64,000 nt of DNA from a virus (IMGVR_UViG_3300048599_000194:111177-175176), one strand, 5' to 3'; positions 40,708 through 49,462 are shown, counted from the first letter of the stretch. Notes: generated from the letters alone by a model not told the origin. Translations and numbers: made by a program.

Positions 40708-41616
40708 TTATTCTTTTGTTATGTTTGCTTTATTAGTTGGATTCTTATTAAATACTGATTTAGCTTGATTTGAATTGAATATAATGTAATGGTGAACTCC
40801 CGTATAATTACCGAAGAAATACAATTGAGGATCCATGATTACACCATCATATCCAGCGAGCTTAAGAACCTCAACGAAAAAAGGCTTCGTATTTAATATT
40901 TTTGTCAGCGGATCATATCTAACAATTTCAGAGAAGAATGAAGTTTCACTGAATTCGCCACTATTGCTAATTTTGATTAACAAGTCCATCCAATGTATCT
41001 TGTACTTGTTACATATTTGTGCAAGCGCGGCTAATAATATATACCCCTCACTCTGATCATTAATTACGTTCAATGTGTTATGAGGTGCATCTGGATTTGT
41101 TTTTAATGTATATCTAGGTGATTCTCTCACAATATAGAAAGGATTTTCCATTTTCAAATACACTGGCATAATATTTGGGGCAGGATTATCTCCAACAATT
41201 TTCGCTTTAGCGTAATCTGATATTTTCATATCATCAATTAAATCATAATGATATCCTCCTCCGAATGATTTCTTTGGTGGCTTTGTGAATGTAATACCTA
41301 ATAACTTCTCAAGATGTTTTGGATGCATGTTAACTAATTTTTTATATTCATCTCTAATTCTAGTTCGAGCATCCCCTCCATCCCCACTAGAATAATTCTT
41401 CTCGGCATCTGAAGCGGAATCAGTAAAATATATTCCACCGAATATGAAATTCACAAATTTTGATTTCTTGAATGTATCGAAGTCGCGAGTAGTTCCGTGA
41501 TATACTTGTTTAGGTTTACCATTTTCATCTACTACTTTAGAATCCCCAAACCATGACAGTAATGCATCGCTATGGTCATTAGCCTCATATATAGTTCCAT
41601 TATATAGATACTTCAT
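40708..41616 (-). CDS. ADP-ribosyltransferase-like protein (ART-PolyVal type)
   Basis: WFGDSKVV..VYHGT..GIYFT..MPVYLKMENP..GYDGVI..NQAKS; leader MKYLYNGTIYEA. Confidence 0.75.
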   Translation of the reverse strand: MKYLYNGTIYEANDHSDALLSWFGDSKVVDENGKPKQVYHGTTRDFDTFKKSKFVNFIFGGIYFTDSASDAEKNYSSGDGGDARTRIRDEYKKLVNMHPKHLEKLLGITFTKPPKKSFGGGYHYDLIDDMKISDYAKAKIVGDNPAPNIMPVYLKMENPFYIVRESPRYTLKTNPDAPHNTLNVINDQSEGYILLAALAQICNKYKIHWMDLLIKISNSGEFSETSFFSEIVRYDPLTKILNTKPFFVEVLKLAGYDGVIMDPQLYFFGNYTGVHHYIIFNSNQAKSVFNKNPTNKANITKE

Positions 41617-42419
41617 TTTACACTCCAGAACAAAACATTCTTATACTGTTGCCAATTAGTTTCAACCCATTTAATACATTGTGTTAGAGAATCTTCTTTT
41701 TTATGAGTTAATGAAGAATCAAATAGATAATCTTTTGCAGAATAATTATCATTTCCAACTACCTTGAAATCCCCATCTACCTTTTTTATCAATACGAATT
41801 CCTTGACATCAGGGCCATAGAATATTACTTGATTCTCTTCGTCGCCATAATGATATACATGAACTCCAGTATTTCTAAACATTACAGCATCTCTACCATA
41901 CTTTCCTTTTCTACTAACAAATGGAGCTTCTTTACCATCTGCCAGGAACGCAAAATTGTAACCATTCTCTTCAGGTTCATAATCACTTGATTTCGTTATA
42001 CCTAGTCGAGAAACATCAGTTGCGCCTATGGTAAACCCTTCTTGCGCAATGTATGACGCATTGTCCGAAAAGTGAATTAGCCATGTGTTATTTGGAAGCA
42101 ATTGAGGTCTACGAAGATCCATGCTTCTACTTGAACTTGCATATATCTCAGGCTCGTTTCGATACAGTCCACCTTCTAATTTCTTCTCAAATTCAGGGAA
42201 GTATTCTCCGTATCTATCTTTCAGTTCAGAAAAATCTAGCTCATCCATGTAATCTAAATCTTCTAATTCCGGATGTTCATCTTGCATCCAATCTCTAAAC
42301 AAATATCTTAATTCTTCCATATTATGTTGAGAATTACCCCATTCTTTAGCATAATTTAATAGTGAGGTATTCTCGTTCGAGTATGCTTCGTATATATGCC
42401 CTTTGTATAGATATTTCAT
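41613..42419 (-). CDS. hypothetical protein, possible ART fold
   Basis: WLIHFS..IAQEGF..GYNFAF..DEENQVIF; leader MKYLYKGHIYEA. Confidence 0.55.
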   Translation of the reverse strand: MKYLYKGHIYEAYSNENTSLLNYAKEWGNSQHNMEELRYLFRDWMQDEHPELEDLDYMDELDFSELKDRYGEYFPEFEKKLEGGLYRNEPEIYASSSRSMDLRRPQLLPNNTWLIHFSDNASYIAQEGFTIGATDVSRLGITKSSDYEPEENGYNFAFLADGKEAPFVSRKGKYGRDAVMFRNTGVHVYHYGDEENQVIFYGPDVKEFVLIKKVDGDFKVVGNDNYSAKDYLFDSSLTHKKEDSLTQCIKWVETNWQQYKNVLFWSVK

Positions 42420-42427
42420 GTTTATAT

Positions 42428-43072
42428 TTATTTCCTAATTAAAATGGTTTGCACACCAATCTCTTTAAGAGCGGCAAGTCTATGATTCTGATTAATCAAT
42501 GTATATTCAGAATTTTCATCAAAGAATTCAAATACCTTGGTTAGAAATGGTATTATCTTTTTCTCTTCTTCATTTGGTGCATCTGGATATGGAAAGCAAT
42601 TGTATAATGAATTGGCCTTTGGGTTTAATCTTCTATATTCATAGAACTGCTCACCTTCGTCTCGATCAATTAATATATTTGAAAGTGAGTAAACTCTTAA
42701 TCCAGCAACACCCGGATCTTTGAATTCGGAATATACTTCATCTTCATATTCTTTATTAGTGTCAAGGAAATCTAGCATATCATCTAAGGTATATTCTAAT
42801 TTACTAACCTCTACTGGAAATGGTTCGATGATTCCCCCGTTTTTAATGTATTCGACATATCGCTGAATTTGCTCAGGATAAAATTCATTATCTTCGGTAG
42901 GTAATACCTTATCAATATTAACCTCTTCGACTTCACTTCCTTTAGTTATTCTATATGTAATTCCATTTACTCTACGATATTCATAATTAGGAGTTCTATT
43001 AATTCTTTCAATATCATATCCGTTTTTCGTGCGGATTTCCTCGTACACATAGCCCCGATGCAAAATCTTCAT
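42428..43072 (-). CDS. ParB/Srx-like domain protein
   Basis: VNIDKVLPTE..YVEYIKNGGIIEPFPV..NQNHRLAALKEIG; start reassigned to MKILHRGYVYEE (TAAATA 5 nt upstream). Confidence 0.65.
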   Translation of the reverse strand: MKILHRGYVYEEIRTKNGYDIERINRTPNYEYRRVNGITYRITKGSEVEEVNIDKVLPTEDNEFYPEQIQRYVEYIKNGGIIEPFPVEVSKLEYTLDDMLDFLDTNKEYEDEVYSEFKDPGVAGLRVYSLSNILIDRDEGEQFYEYRRLNPKANSLYNCFPYPDAPNEEEKKIIPFLTKVFEFFDENSEYTLINQNHRLAALKEIGVQTILIRK

Positions 43073-43117
43073 CCAGATATTTAGAGTCACAAGTACCATC
43101 CATGCTACCATATAGAC

Positions 43118-43663
43118 ATGTACATGGAAATCATTAGCATTGACTACTTCAGAGACTGTTCAACTGCAGGCGTTTACGTTACAATTGATGGGTCGCCTGA
43201 AAAAGTGGAATATCTTATTCATGGAAATAATTGGGGAAATGCTAGATTCGATGTCACTAAAGATGGATGGTCTATCCAGAATTATCCATCTCACTCAGAA
43301 TTAAAGGAACTCTCATTAGCTCTTGAGGATTTCAAGCATTCTGAGAAATATCAAGGATGGCAACAAACTGAAGAAGAGATACGTAGACTCGAAGTTGACG
43401 CACATCGACTAGCTGGAATGGTGGATGTTTTTACTTATTGGTTAAAAGAACAAGAAAATCCACCACTAAAAGCAATAGTACCACCAAGCGAAGATATTAT
43501 CAAGATTACAGAAACTAAATTAGCTAAACAATTAGCAGATGCGTTTGATGGAGAGATATTATCTAAGATGACATGTTATGCAATTAGAGATGGTAAGTTT
43601 ATTTTCACCCCGACACCTGAAGGTGGATTTGTTAAATTGGAGAAGAACAATGAAAAAGAGTGA
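43118..43663 (+). CDS. hypothetical protein
   Basis: First gene after TGCTACCAT (43103-43111). Confidence 0.6.
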   Translation: MYMEIISIDYFRDCSTAGVYVTIDGSPEKVEYLIHGNNWGNARFDVTKDGWSIQNYPSHSELKELSLALEDFKHSEKYQGWQQTEEEIRRLEVDAHRLAGMVDVFTYWLKEQENPPLKAIVPPSEDIIKITETKLAKQLADAFDGEILSKMTCYAIRDGKFIFTPTPEGGFVKLEKNNEKE

Positions 43664-44438
43664 TATTCGTAATAGTTTTAATGAAATTTGCGAGTTCAAA
43701 GATATTAAGAATCTAAAAGGATTAGCTTATTGTATATTCCAAAATGATGACGATAGAGTACAAATACCTTATTTCGATGAGGTATATGGTGAAATTATTA
43801 AGCTATTATCAAAGATGGAATTGGCTAAAAATATTGAATTTGTATTATCCGAAGAATATATGAAAATGCGTAATATCGTTAAGGTTAATTACTATGATGC
43901 AGTTGATATGGGAATAAGCACTGAAATGGCGATTGAAGGCCACGCATACGAAACTATGACCGCCATATTACAAAAGATTCTCGATGAGATTATGAATAGA
44001 ACCTCGCATGCAACAATAGATCTTAATCTTCAAAAAACTAGATGGTCTACTGAGAAATTTACAATTCTCTCCGGATACTTGAAACCTAATCGTAAATACA
44101 TTGTCAGTCCTTCAGTTGCCAGCGCAATTAGGTCAGTGCAACACAATGTTGACATTAAAAATGGAGATCAATTACTATCTCCTTTTTATCATAACCAATC
44201 AGTAGTTTTTGTTGATATATTTTCAACTGTGGATTATCTGATGGAAGTCCCAAATAAAATTACAGTACATCTAGATCCTATAATTAAAATGGCAGTTAAA
44301 CCTCGCGAGACTAGCTTCGATTCTATGGTTGTAGAGGCTACCATTTCATTAGAAATTGGATTCGAACCTACTGGATGTATTAACGAAATAGTCGGGTTGA
44401 ATTCTTGGGTTGAAAATGCAGAAGTTTCAAAAAACTGA
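43650..44438 (+). CDS. hypothetical protein resembling the C-terminal half of T4-type major capsid protein
   Basis: ILDEIM..YIVSPSVASAI..VFVDIFSTVDYL resembles gp23 EINREII..IxSxxVASAL..VYIDxYxxxDY. Confidence 0.45.
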   Translation: MKKSDIRNSFNEICEFKDIKNLKGLAYCIFQNDDDRVQIPYFDEVYGEIIKLLSKMELAKNIEFVLSEEYMKMRNIVKVNYYDAVDMGISTEMAIEGHAYETMTAILQKILDEIMNRTSHATIDLNLQKTRWSTEKFTILSGYLKPNRKYIVSPSVASAIRSVQHNVDIKNGDQLLSPFYHNQSVVFVDIFSTVDYLMEVPNKITVHLDPIIKMAVKPRETSFDSMVVEATISLEIGFEPTGCINEIVGLNSWVENAEVSKN

Positions 44439-44727
44439 ACAGATCATCATTAGCGAGGCTATGGGAGCAAACCCATATAACTTCCCCTGCAATTCAATGA
44501 GACGTGGCGATGATAAGGAAGTCTCGAATCATCGGAGCAGAGGAAAATACCAAGTTGGTTCCTTGTTGTCTGAATTAACTCCAGAAGAACGAGAAGAATT
44601 AAAAGACTTCAATTCAGAAAGACTCTCCAGAACAGAAAAAGATTCTACCTGGAAAGAAATGGAATTCATTGGTCGAGAATACGGTACTAAACCAAAAGGA
44701 AAAGGACGATGGGGATCGCGCTCGTAA
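44410..44727 (+). CDS. hypothetical protein
   Basis: Overlapping operon gene. Confidence 0.5.
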   Translation: MKMQKFQKTEQIIISEAMGANPYNFPCNSMRRGDDKEVSNHRSRGKYQVGSLLSELTPEEREELKDFNSERLSRTEKDSTWKEMEFIGREYGTKPKGKGRWGSRS

Positions 44728-44978
44728 TCATAGGACTTCTCATAGTATTAGCAGCCTGCGTTGGAGGAATGATCTGGACTCAACGAGAACCAGAACAACA
44801 AACTATTCCATTATGGAAACCAACTACATTGAATAAAGAAATCGAAGCAATTAAAAAAGAATATCCAAATGCTAAAATTACAGAAACAGATACTCATATA
44901 ATTGTAGATGTTGAGATTGTACTAGAAAAGCCAGTGGAGAAAATTACAATTACTGGATGCGTGACTAGGAACAATTAA
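44709..44978 (+). CDS. small membrane-anchored protein
   Basis: N-terminal TM helix; C-terminal IIVDVEIVLEKPVEKITIT; SD AAAGGA. Confidence 0.55.
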   Translation: MGIALVIIGLLIVLAACVGGMIWTQREPEQQTIPLWKPTTLNKEIEAIKKEYPNAKITETDTHIIVDVEIVLEKPVEKITITGCVTRNN

Positions 44979-44995
44979 GAACTTGGAGATTACCG

Positions 44996-45646
44996 ATGAC
45001 AACTCTCGAAAAAACTCTCAAATACATAAAGCGTAATTACCCATCTGCAATCGTTACAGTTAACGAAGACGAAAAGCGAATCGTTATTGATTATAGTACA
45101 GTGGCAGAAAAGCCAATTAAGAAAGTCCAAAATCCACATGCCACTAAGTGGACTCCAGTTATTAAACAATTCATCGGATACACTACAATTCCGCAACATA
45201 AAATGTTTAGTGAATTATTAGATAAAATCGTAGATTATGGAAATGAAATAAAATCTGATCCTAATCTAGAGATCCTCAAAGGTACTATATTCGCATGTAG
45301 CCTCAATATCATTAAGAAACTAAAAGAAGATCTACATTCTCTAATTCTCGTTAAGCCGCAACAAGAACCAGAATATCAACATCTCGTGACAATTGGAACA
45401 TTCACTCCCCAAGATTTAATCCAATCTGCAACAATGCTACAAGAATGCTTCGAAATAGTATTAGAAGCAGTCGATGATGAATATCGAAAGATAATACCAA
45501 AGGGGTACTTCTGTCTGCCAAAAGCTACACTAATCAAAATCAAATACGAAAACAATAACCTAGAAATATATACACCTAAGTTCCTACGAGTTCCAGAAGC
45601 ACACGAAAACTTCACAGTGCCCTGGGAAGGTGCTCTACTAAAATGA
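44996..45646 (+). CDS. hypothetical protein, segment resembling N-terminal part of T4-type major capsid protein
   Basis: KWTPVI..KMFSELLD..SLNIIKKL..LVKPQQEP; SD GGAG. Confidence 0.45.
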   Translation: MTTLEKTLKYIKRNYPSAIVTVNEDEKRIVIDYSTVAEKPIKKVQNPHATKWTPVIKQFIGYTTIPQHKMFSELLDKIVDYGNEIKSDPNLEILKGTIFACSLNIIKKLKEDLHSLILVKPQQEPEYQHLVTIGTFTPQDLIQSATMLQECFEIVLEAVDDEYRKIIPKGYFCLPKATLIKIKYENNNLEIYTPKFLRVPEAHENFTVPWEGALLK

Positions 45647-46002
45647 ACTATCTATATCACCTATCACCTGAAAAGAATCTAATATCAATAAAAACACAAG
45701 GACTTAGAATCAATCAAAAACACGTAGGAGTTGCAACTACTAGAAATCTGAAGAAAGAATGGACCGTGAAATATGGATGCATTCCTATCTTCCTTATATC
45801 AGATCCAGGTATAGTACAGGATCTAATGCTAACACCAGATGCCATTAAAGAAATTAATTGGTATGTGTTTAAGGTCGAAGTGAATAATCTCACATTGACT
45901 TGCGCTACGTACCCAGGCGAATTCATATGTACAGAAGACATTGAACCAAATAGAATTAAAGACACTAAGCAGTTAAAAGACTTCAAATTAGAAAGATGGT
46001 AA
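45643..46002 (+). CDS. small ART-fold (Tpt1/KptA-like) protein
   Basis: LYHLSPEKNLISIKTQGL..IFL..EFICTEDIEPNRI. Confidence 0.55.
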   Translation: MNYLYHLSPEKNLISIKTQGLRINQKHVGVATTRNLKKEWTVKYGCIPIFLISDPGIVQDLMLTPDAIKEINWYVFKVEVNNLTLTCATYPGEFICTEDIEPNRIKDTKQLKDFKLERW

Positions 46003-46006
46003 GATA

Positions 46007-46237
46007 ATGGAAAGACATCTAGATCAACAAAACTGGTTCGACCTAAAAGATAAACTAGGAAATAAAGAAGCTAGAAAACATCTAGTAAATGAATTACGTA
46101 AAGCCGCTGATCAAGTGGAAAAAGGCGGATACCCGGATGTATTCGGATGTCAACTTAAACCCGAACCAGATCCTAAATGGGGAGAACCATTCATCTGGAC
46201 TATCTCGGTAACCCTATCATACCCGTGGCCAGGATGA
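46007..46237 (+). CDS. hypothetical protein
   Basis: Operon continuation. Confidence 0.55.
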   Translation: MERHLDQQNWFDLKDKLGNKEARKHLVNELRKAADQVEKGGYPDVFGCQLKPEPDPKWGEPFIWTISVTLSYPWPG

Positions 46238-46422
46238 TACTTAAAGAAAATTTCTATTGTTTTTCATTTATACTGCCATATAAAATCTTCGAAAGAATAC
46301 TCCTTGATAGAGAATCATTTATATTCGACTTCGAAGAACTAGTTAGGACAGCATTCATTAATAATGAACATTTCGAAGGATCTATGGTAAAATCTTTTGA
46401 GTTCTACTCATATAGACCCTAA
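46234..46422 (+). CDS. hypothetical protein
   Basis: ATGA overlap with upstream stop (MILKENF..). Confidence 0.4.
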   Translation: MILKENFYCFSFILPYKIFERILLDRESFIFDFEELVRTAFINNEHFEGSMVKSFEFYSYRP

Positions 46423-46740
46423 AAAATTTTTTCAAAGAGGGGGTAGATAATATTATTAAAAGTTTGACCCCCACCCCCTATATAGACAATCAGATAACCT
46501 CTAATTCGAATACTGAATGAAATAGACAATGCGAGTTTCTGAGTGAGATAATTACAGGCCCTAAAATTTTTTTGAGAGGCCCTAAGCCCCCAGCCCCTGG
46601 GGGAGTCCCCCCACCCTATATGGGATGCCGGGGTCCACCCCCACCCTCTCAGAATCCAATTCTGAATAGCCTAGAATCTCTTTCAGTTAATTAGCTACAT
46701 CCTTGCACCTCCAATGTTCTCTCGCCCCTCCTAGCGCCTC

Positions 46741-47130
46741 TCAGTGCCCACCGAAAGGAATGGAGTTTTGGATCTGGTTTTGAGTCTGGGCGATCATACT
46801 ATCCATGACGCCCGCCGATGCTTTGTGAAGTTCATTGTCCAGATTCTTAGATCCTTCAGATACCATATTGTCGCCCATATTCTGCACGGTTCCATTTACA
46901 GACTTGGCAACATTGTCGCAAGCCTGCCCGACGATGCTAGAAGCAATGTCCCCGATGAAGCCTTGGGAAGCCGTATCGGTCGAAGGGCTTGCCTTGACCA
47001 CTTGGGCGACGTGGTGGCTCTTATGCGCCCGGCGATGGCTCTTGTGGTTAGTCCCTTTCATTCCCAAGAGGCAAAGGACCACCCAGATGATGAGAGCGAG
47101 GCAGGCGAGATTCAGAATGAACTTGAACAT
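46741..47130 (-). CDS. membrane-anchored/secreted hypothetical protein
   Basis: N-terminal hydrophobic helix; TTGACT-N17-TATATT ending 6 nt upstream of ATG. Confidence 0.65.
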   Translation of the reverse strand: MFKFILNLACLALIIWVVLCLLGMKGTNHKSHRRAHKSHHVAQVVKASPSTDTASQGFIGDIASSIVGQACDNVAKSVNGTVQNMGDNMVSEGSKNLDNELHKASAGVMDSMIAQTQNQIQNSIPFGGH

Positions 47131-47307
47131 GGAAATAATATACAGCTACTTGAAAGAAAAGTCAAGTGGCTTGCAGTTGGTTGAGCCTCTAGCAAATGAA
47201 ATTCAATTTGTAAAGGGTGAAAAATAAAAGACAAAAAGATATTCTTATCTACATATCACCCGAAAGAAAACCGGACCTTTCGATCCGGTTCTCTTCAGGT
47301 CTGAGGA

Positions 47308-48306
47308 TTAGACCAACGAGAGAGCGTAGGTGAACGCCTCTTCCTTGAACGTCGAGGCGGAACCGCCCAGAAGATTTCCGATGAACCGGGACTCTTCCTG
47401 AGTGTAGTTTCCAGCCCGCACGATGCTTTCGTGCTCGCACCATTCCGTCACGGCATTGAATGCCGCCCAGACGGTCCCCGCAGTGCCGGACACGTTCGAG
47501 GTCGGGGAATTCCAGATCCTTTCCAGATCGGCGAGGCGTTCGAGAGCTATCGTGCGACCCTTGTTCTTGTTCTTCCCTTCCTTGAGAGCGGGAACCTCGC
47601 CCCATACCTTGCGGGCGATTTCCTCGACGGTGGCGAAGGTGGCGGACTTATCGGCCATGCGGGCGGCGATTTCCTGAGTCGTGGCGACTGCCACGAAGGT
47701 TTCGGAAAGAATCCCCTTCGCCTGAGCCATGCGATCCTGAACGCCTTTCGTATGCTTCAGATCCCAGCCATGCGCAAGCCCGACCTTTCCCTTTCGCTCG
47801 CCCAGCGCGGCCCCCAGCGTGTTCTGGCAGACGACGCGAACGGTGGTAGGCGTGACGGTCAAGCGCCGATTCCCGGCGTGGCCATTGGACAAGAGCAGGA
47901 AGGTTTCGACAGTATCCTTGCCCAGAGCGAAGCCCAGCGCGGGAACCTTCGCAAGCGCCCAGACGGTTTCCCCCTTGCCCAGAGCGCCCGCCGTTTCGAC
48001 CTGCAATTCCGTGTCGAATTCGCGAAGGTCGTTCAGAAAGGCGAACATTTCGGAATTCTGAACCGGGGCGTATCCTTCGCCCACGACGCCCAGCGCCTTG
48101 CGATTGTCGGAACGGACCACGGCGCGATAGGATTCGAGGCCCTCGGTTTCAATCATATTGAAGGCGAGAGGTTCGAGCGAAACGGTCCAGTCGAGGCCCG
48201 CGACCGCCTGAAACTCCATCGGGGAAACCGGGGAGTCGATGATGGTGCCCAGTCCGTGCCATGCGGGAAGGCGAAGGGAAGCGAAGGTGTCGATGTTTGC
48301 GGCCAT
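47308..48306 (-). CDS. DUF932 family phage/plasmid protein
   Basis: PAWHGLG, AGLDWTV, RSDN..LGVVG..YAPVQN, ETAGAL, RVVCQNT, GTVWAAFNAVTEW; SD AAGGAG before MAANID. Confidence 0.88.
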   Translation of the reverse strand: MAANIDTFASLRLPAWHGLGTIIDSPVSPMEFQAVAGLDWTVSLEPLAFNMIETEGLESYRAVVRSDNRKALGVVGEGYAPVQNSEMFAFLNDLREFDTELQVETAGALGKGETVWALAKVPALGFALGKDTVETFLLLSNGHAGNRRLTVTPTTVRVVCQNTLGAALGERKGKVGLAHGWDLKHTKGVQDRMAQAKGILSETFVAVATTQEIAARMADKSATFATVEEIARKVWGEVPALKEGKNKNKGRTIALERLADLERIWNSPTSNVSGTAGTVWAAFNAVTEWCEHESIVRAGNYTQEESRFIGNLLGGSASTFKEEAFTYALSLV

Positions 48307-48573
48307 GATATTCTCCTTGCCCCTTTGGGGCGGTGGTGGTGATCTGTAGCTTTTGGGGTTCCTTGCCCCGACAAACAAAAGATACTGCCAGATAGGATAG
48401 AAGTCAACCCCATACGGGAGAATCTTTTTCGCTCCCGCGCATGATGATAATCCTCTAGCAAATGAAAATGAAATCGTCAAGGTCTTTACAGATTGCATTT
48501 CATTTGTTAGATGGAGATTCGCTCACTCACAAAAAAAGAGAGGGATCGCTCCCCCTCTTTTTTCTTGAATTGC

Positions 48574-49014
48574 TTAGATGGCCTTCAGGCGAGCGATCAA
48601 GCCGACCGTGTAGGTGCGGAGCGATTCGACCACGCAACGGCGCAAGGCGGTGAAGCGATAGCCACGGGCGATCTCTTCCAAGGACAGGTGCGGGAGTCCC
48701 GTCATGGCCTTGATTTGGTAGGCATGGAATCCGTCGTTGAAAAGGAGCGCGAACATCTGAAGAGTCTTCCGCTCTTCCTTGCTGAAGTGCTTCAGGTTCC
48801 ACGCCCTGAAGACATTCCCGTTCCGGTAGTTCGCGACGATCTTGCCCTTGCTCTTGTCCTCGGATTCCGTGGAGGTCGCCGGGGCCTCGGAAGCGGTGGC
48901 AGGGGCCTCGGAAGAGGAAGGAACGAGGATGATTTGGGTGGAGGTGATTTCGACCTTGAGGCCCTTCTCGGAAGCGATGGAAGCGACGGTGGCGAGGAGG
49001 TTGGAGTCGATCAT
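48574..49014 (-). CDS. hypothetical early protein
   Basis: SD AAAGG, own promoter and terminator, GC3-rich codons. Confidence 0.7.
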   Translation of the reverse strand: MIDSNLLATVASIASEKGLKVEITSTQIILVPSSSEAPATASEAPATSTESEDKSKGKIVANYRNGNVFRAWNLKHFSKEERKTLQMFALLFNDGFHAYQIKAMTGLPHLSLEEIARGYRFTALRRCVVESLRTYTVGLIARLKAI

Positions 49015-49243
49015 AGTTCAGCCTTTTTTCGTTTCGTGTAATGGGGGGCGATTCCCCCGCGCCGTGAGCTTCAGTGCTCCCGACTCTCAAATAATACTGC
49101 CAGATGGAGCAAATGTCAATAGCCTAGATTTGCAGTGACTTTAATGATCTACATGAGTGCGCGTCTCTAGCAAATGAAATTGAATCTTGCAAGGGTAGAA
49201 AAATGAGAGAGTCTTTTGCACTCTCTCATTTTCTCGCTCTTGA

Positions 49244-49462
49244 TTACTCCGCGACGTTCCAGATGTAGGGCTTGCGGACCTGGACAGCGGGGCGGGTGGC
49301 GAGGGCGACAGCCTCGCCGGGGGGAATGATACGGCCCTCACGTTCGGCCTTGAAGGTGGTGGAGGTCGCGAAGGACACGCCCGAAACCGGGGGGAGACGG
49401 TCGGCGGTGTCGCGATTGGCGGGAGTGAGGAGGGCGGCGGCGATGAGCAGAGAGTCGAACAT
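49244..49462 (-). CDS. small protein with signal-like N-terminus
   Basis: MFDSLLIAAALL; SD GAAAGG; own promoter. Confidence 0.6.
   Translation of the reverse strand: MFDSLLIAAALLTPANRDTADRLPPVSGVSFATSTTFKAEREGRIIPPGEAVALATRPAVQVRKPYIWNVAE

Larger units (their letters stand above)
1121..43083. promoter_or_regulatory. late promoter motif TAAATA (T4 late-promoter-like) upstream of about 20 structural/virion genes
   Basis: TAAATA at 1121+, 5355-, 8620-, 12177-, 13222+, 16694-, 19685-, 19728+, 20710+, 28753-, 31012-, 31032+, 36791-, 38648-, 39679-, 39710+, 42425-, 43078-. Confidence 0.8.
31790..43111. promoter_or_regulatory. extended -10 promoter class TGCTA(C/T)(A/C)AT
   Basis: TGCTACAAT 31790+ and 36807+, TGCTACCAT 43103+, TGCTATAAT 35234-. 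Confidence 0.55.

Noticed and set aside
37703-41616. Diversity-generating retroelement TR/VR among ART paralogs
   Set aside because: Similarity is protein-level paralogy without adenine-specific mismatches; no reverse transcriptase in the window
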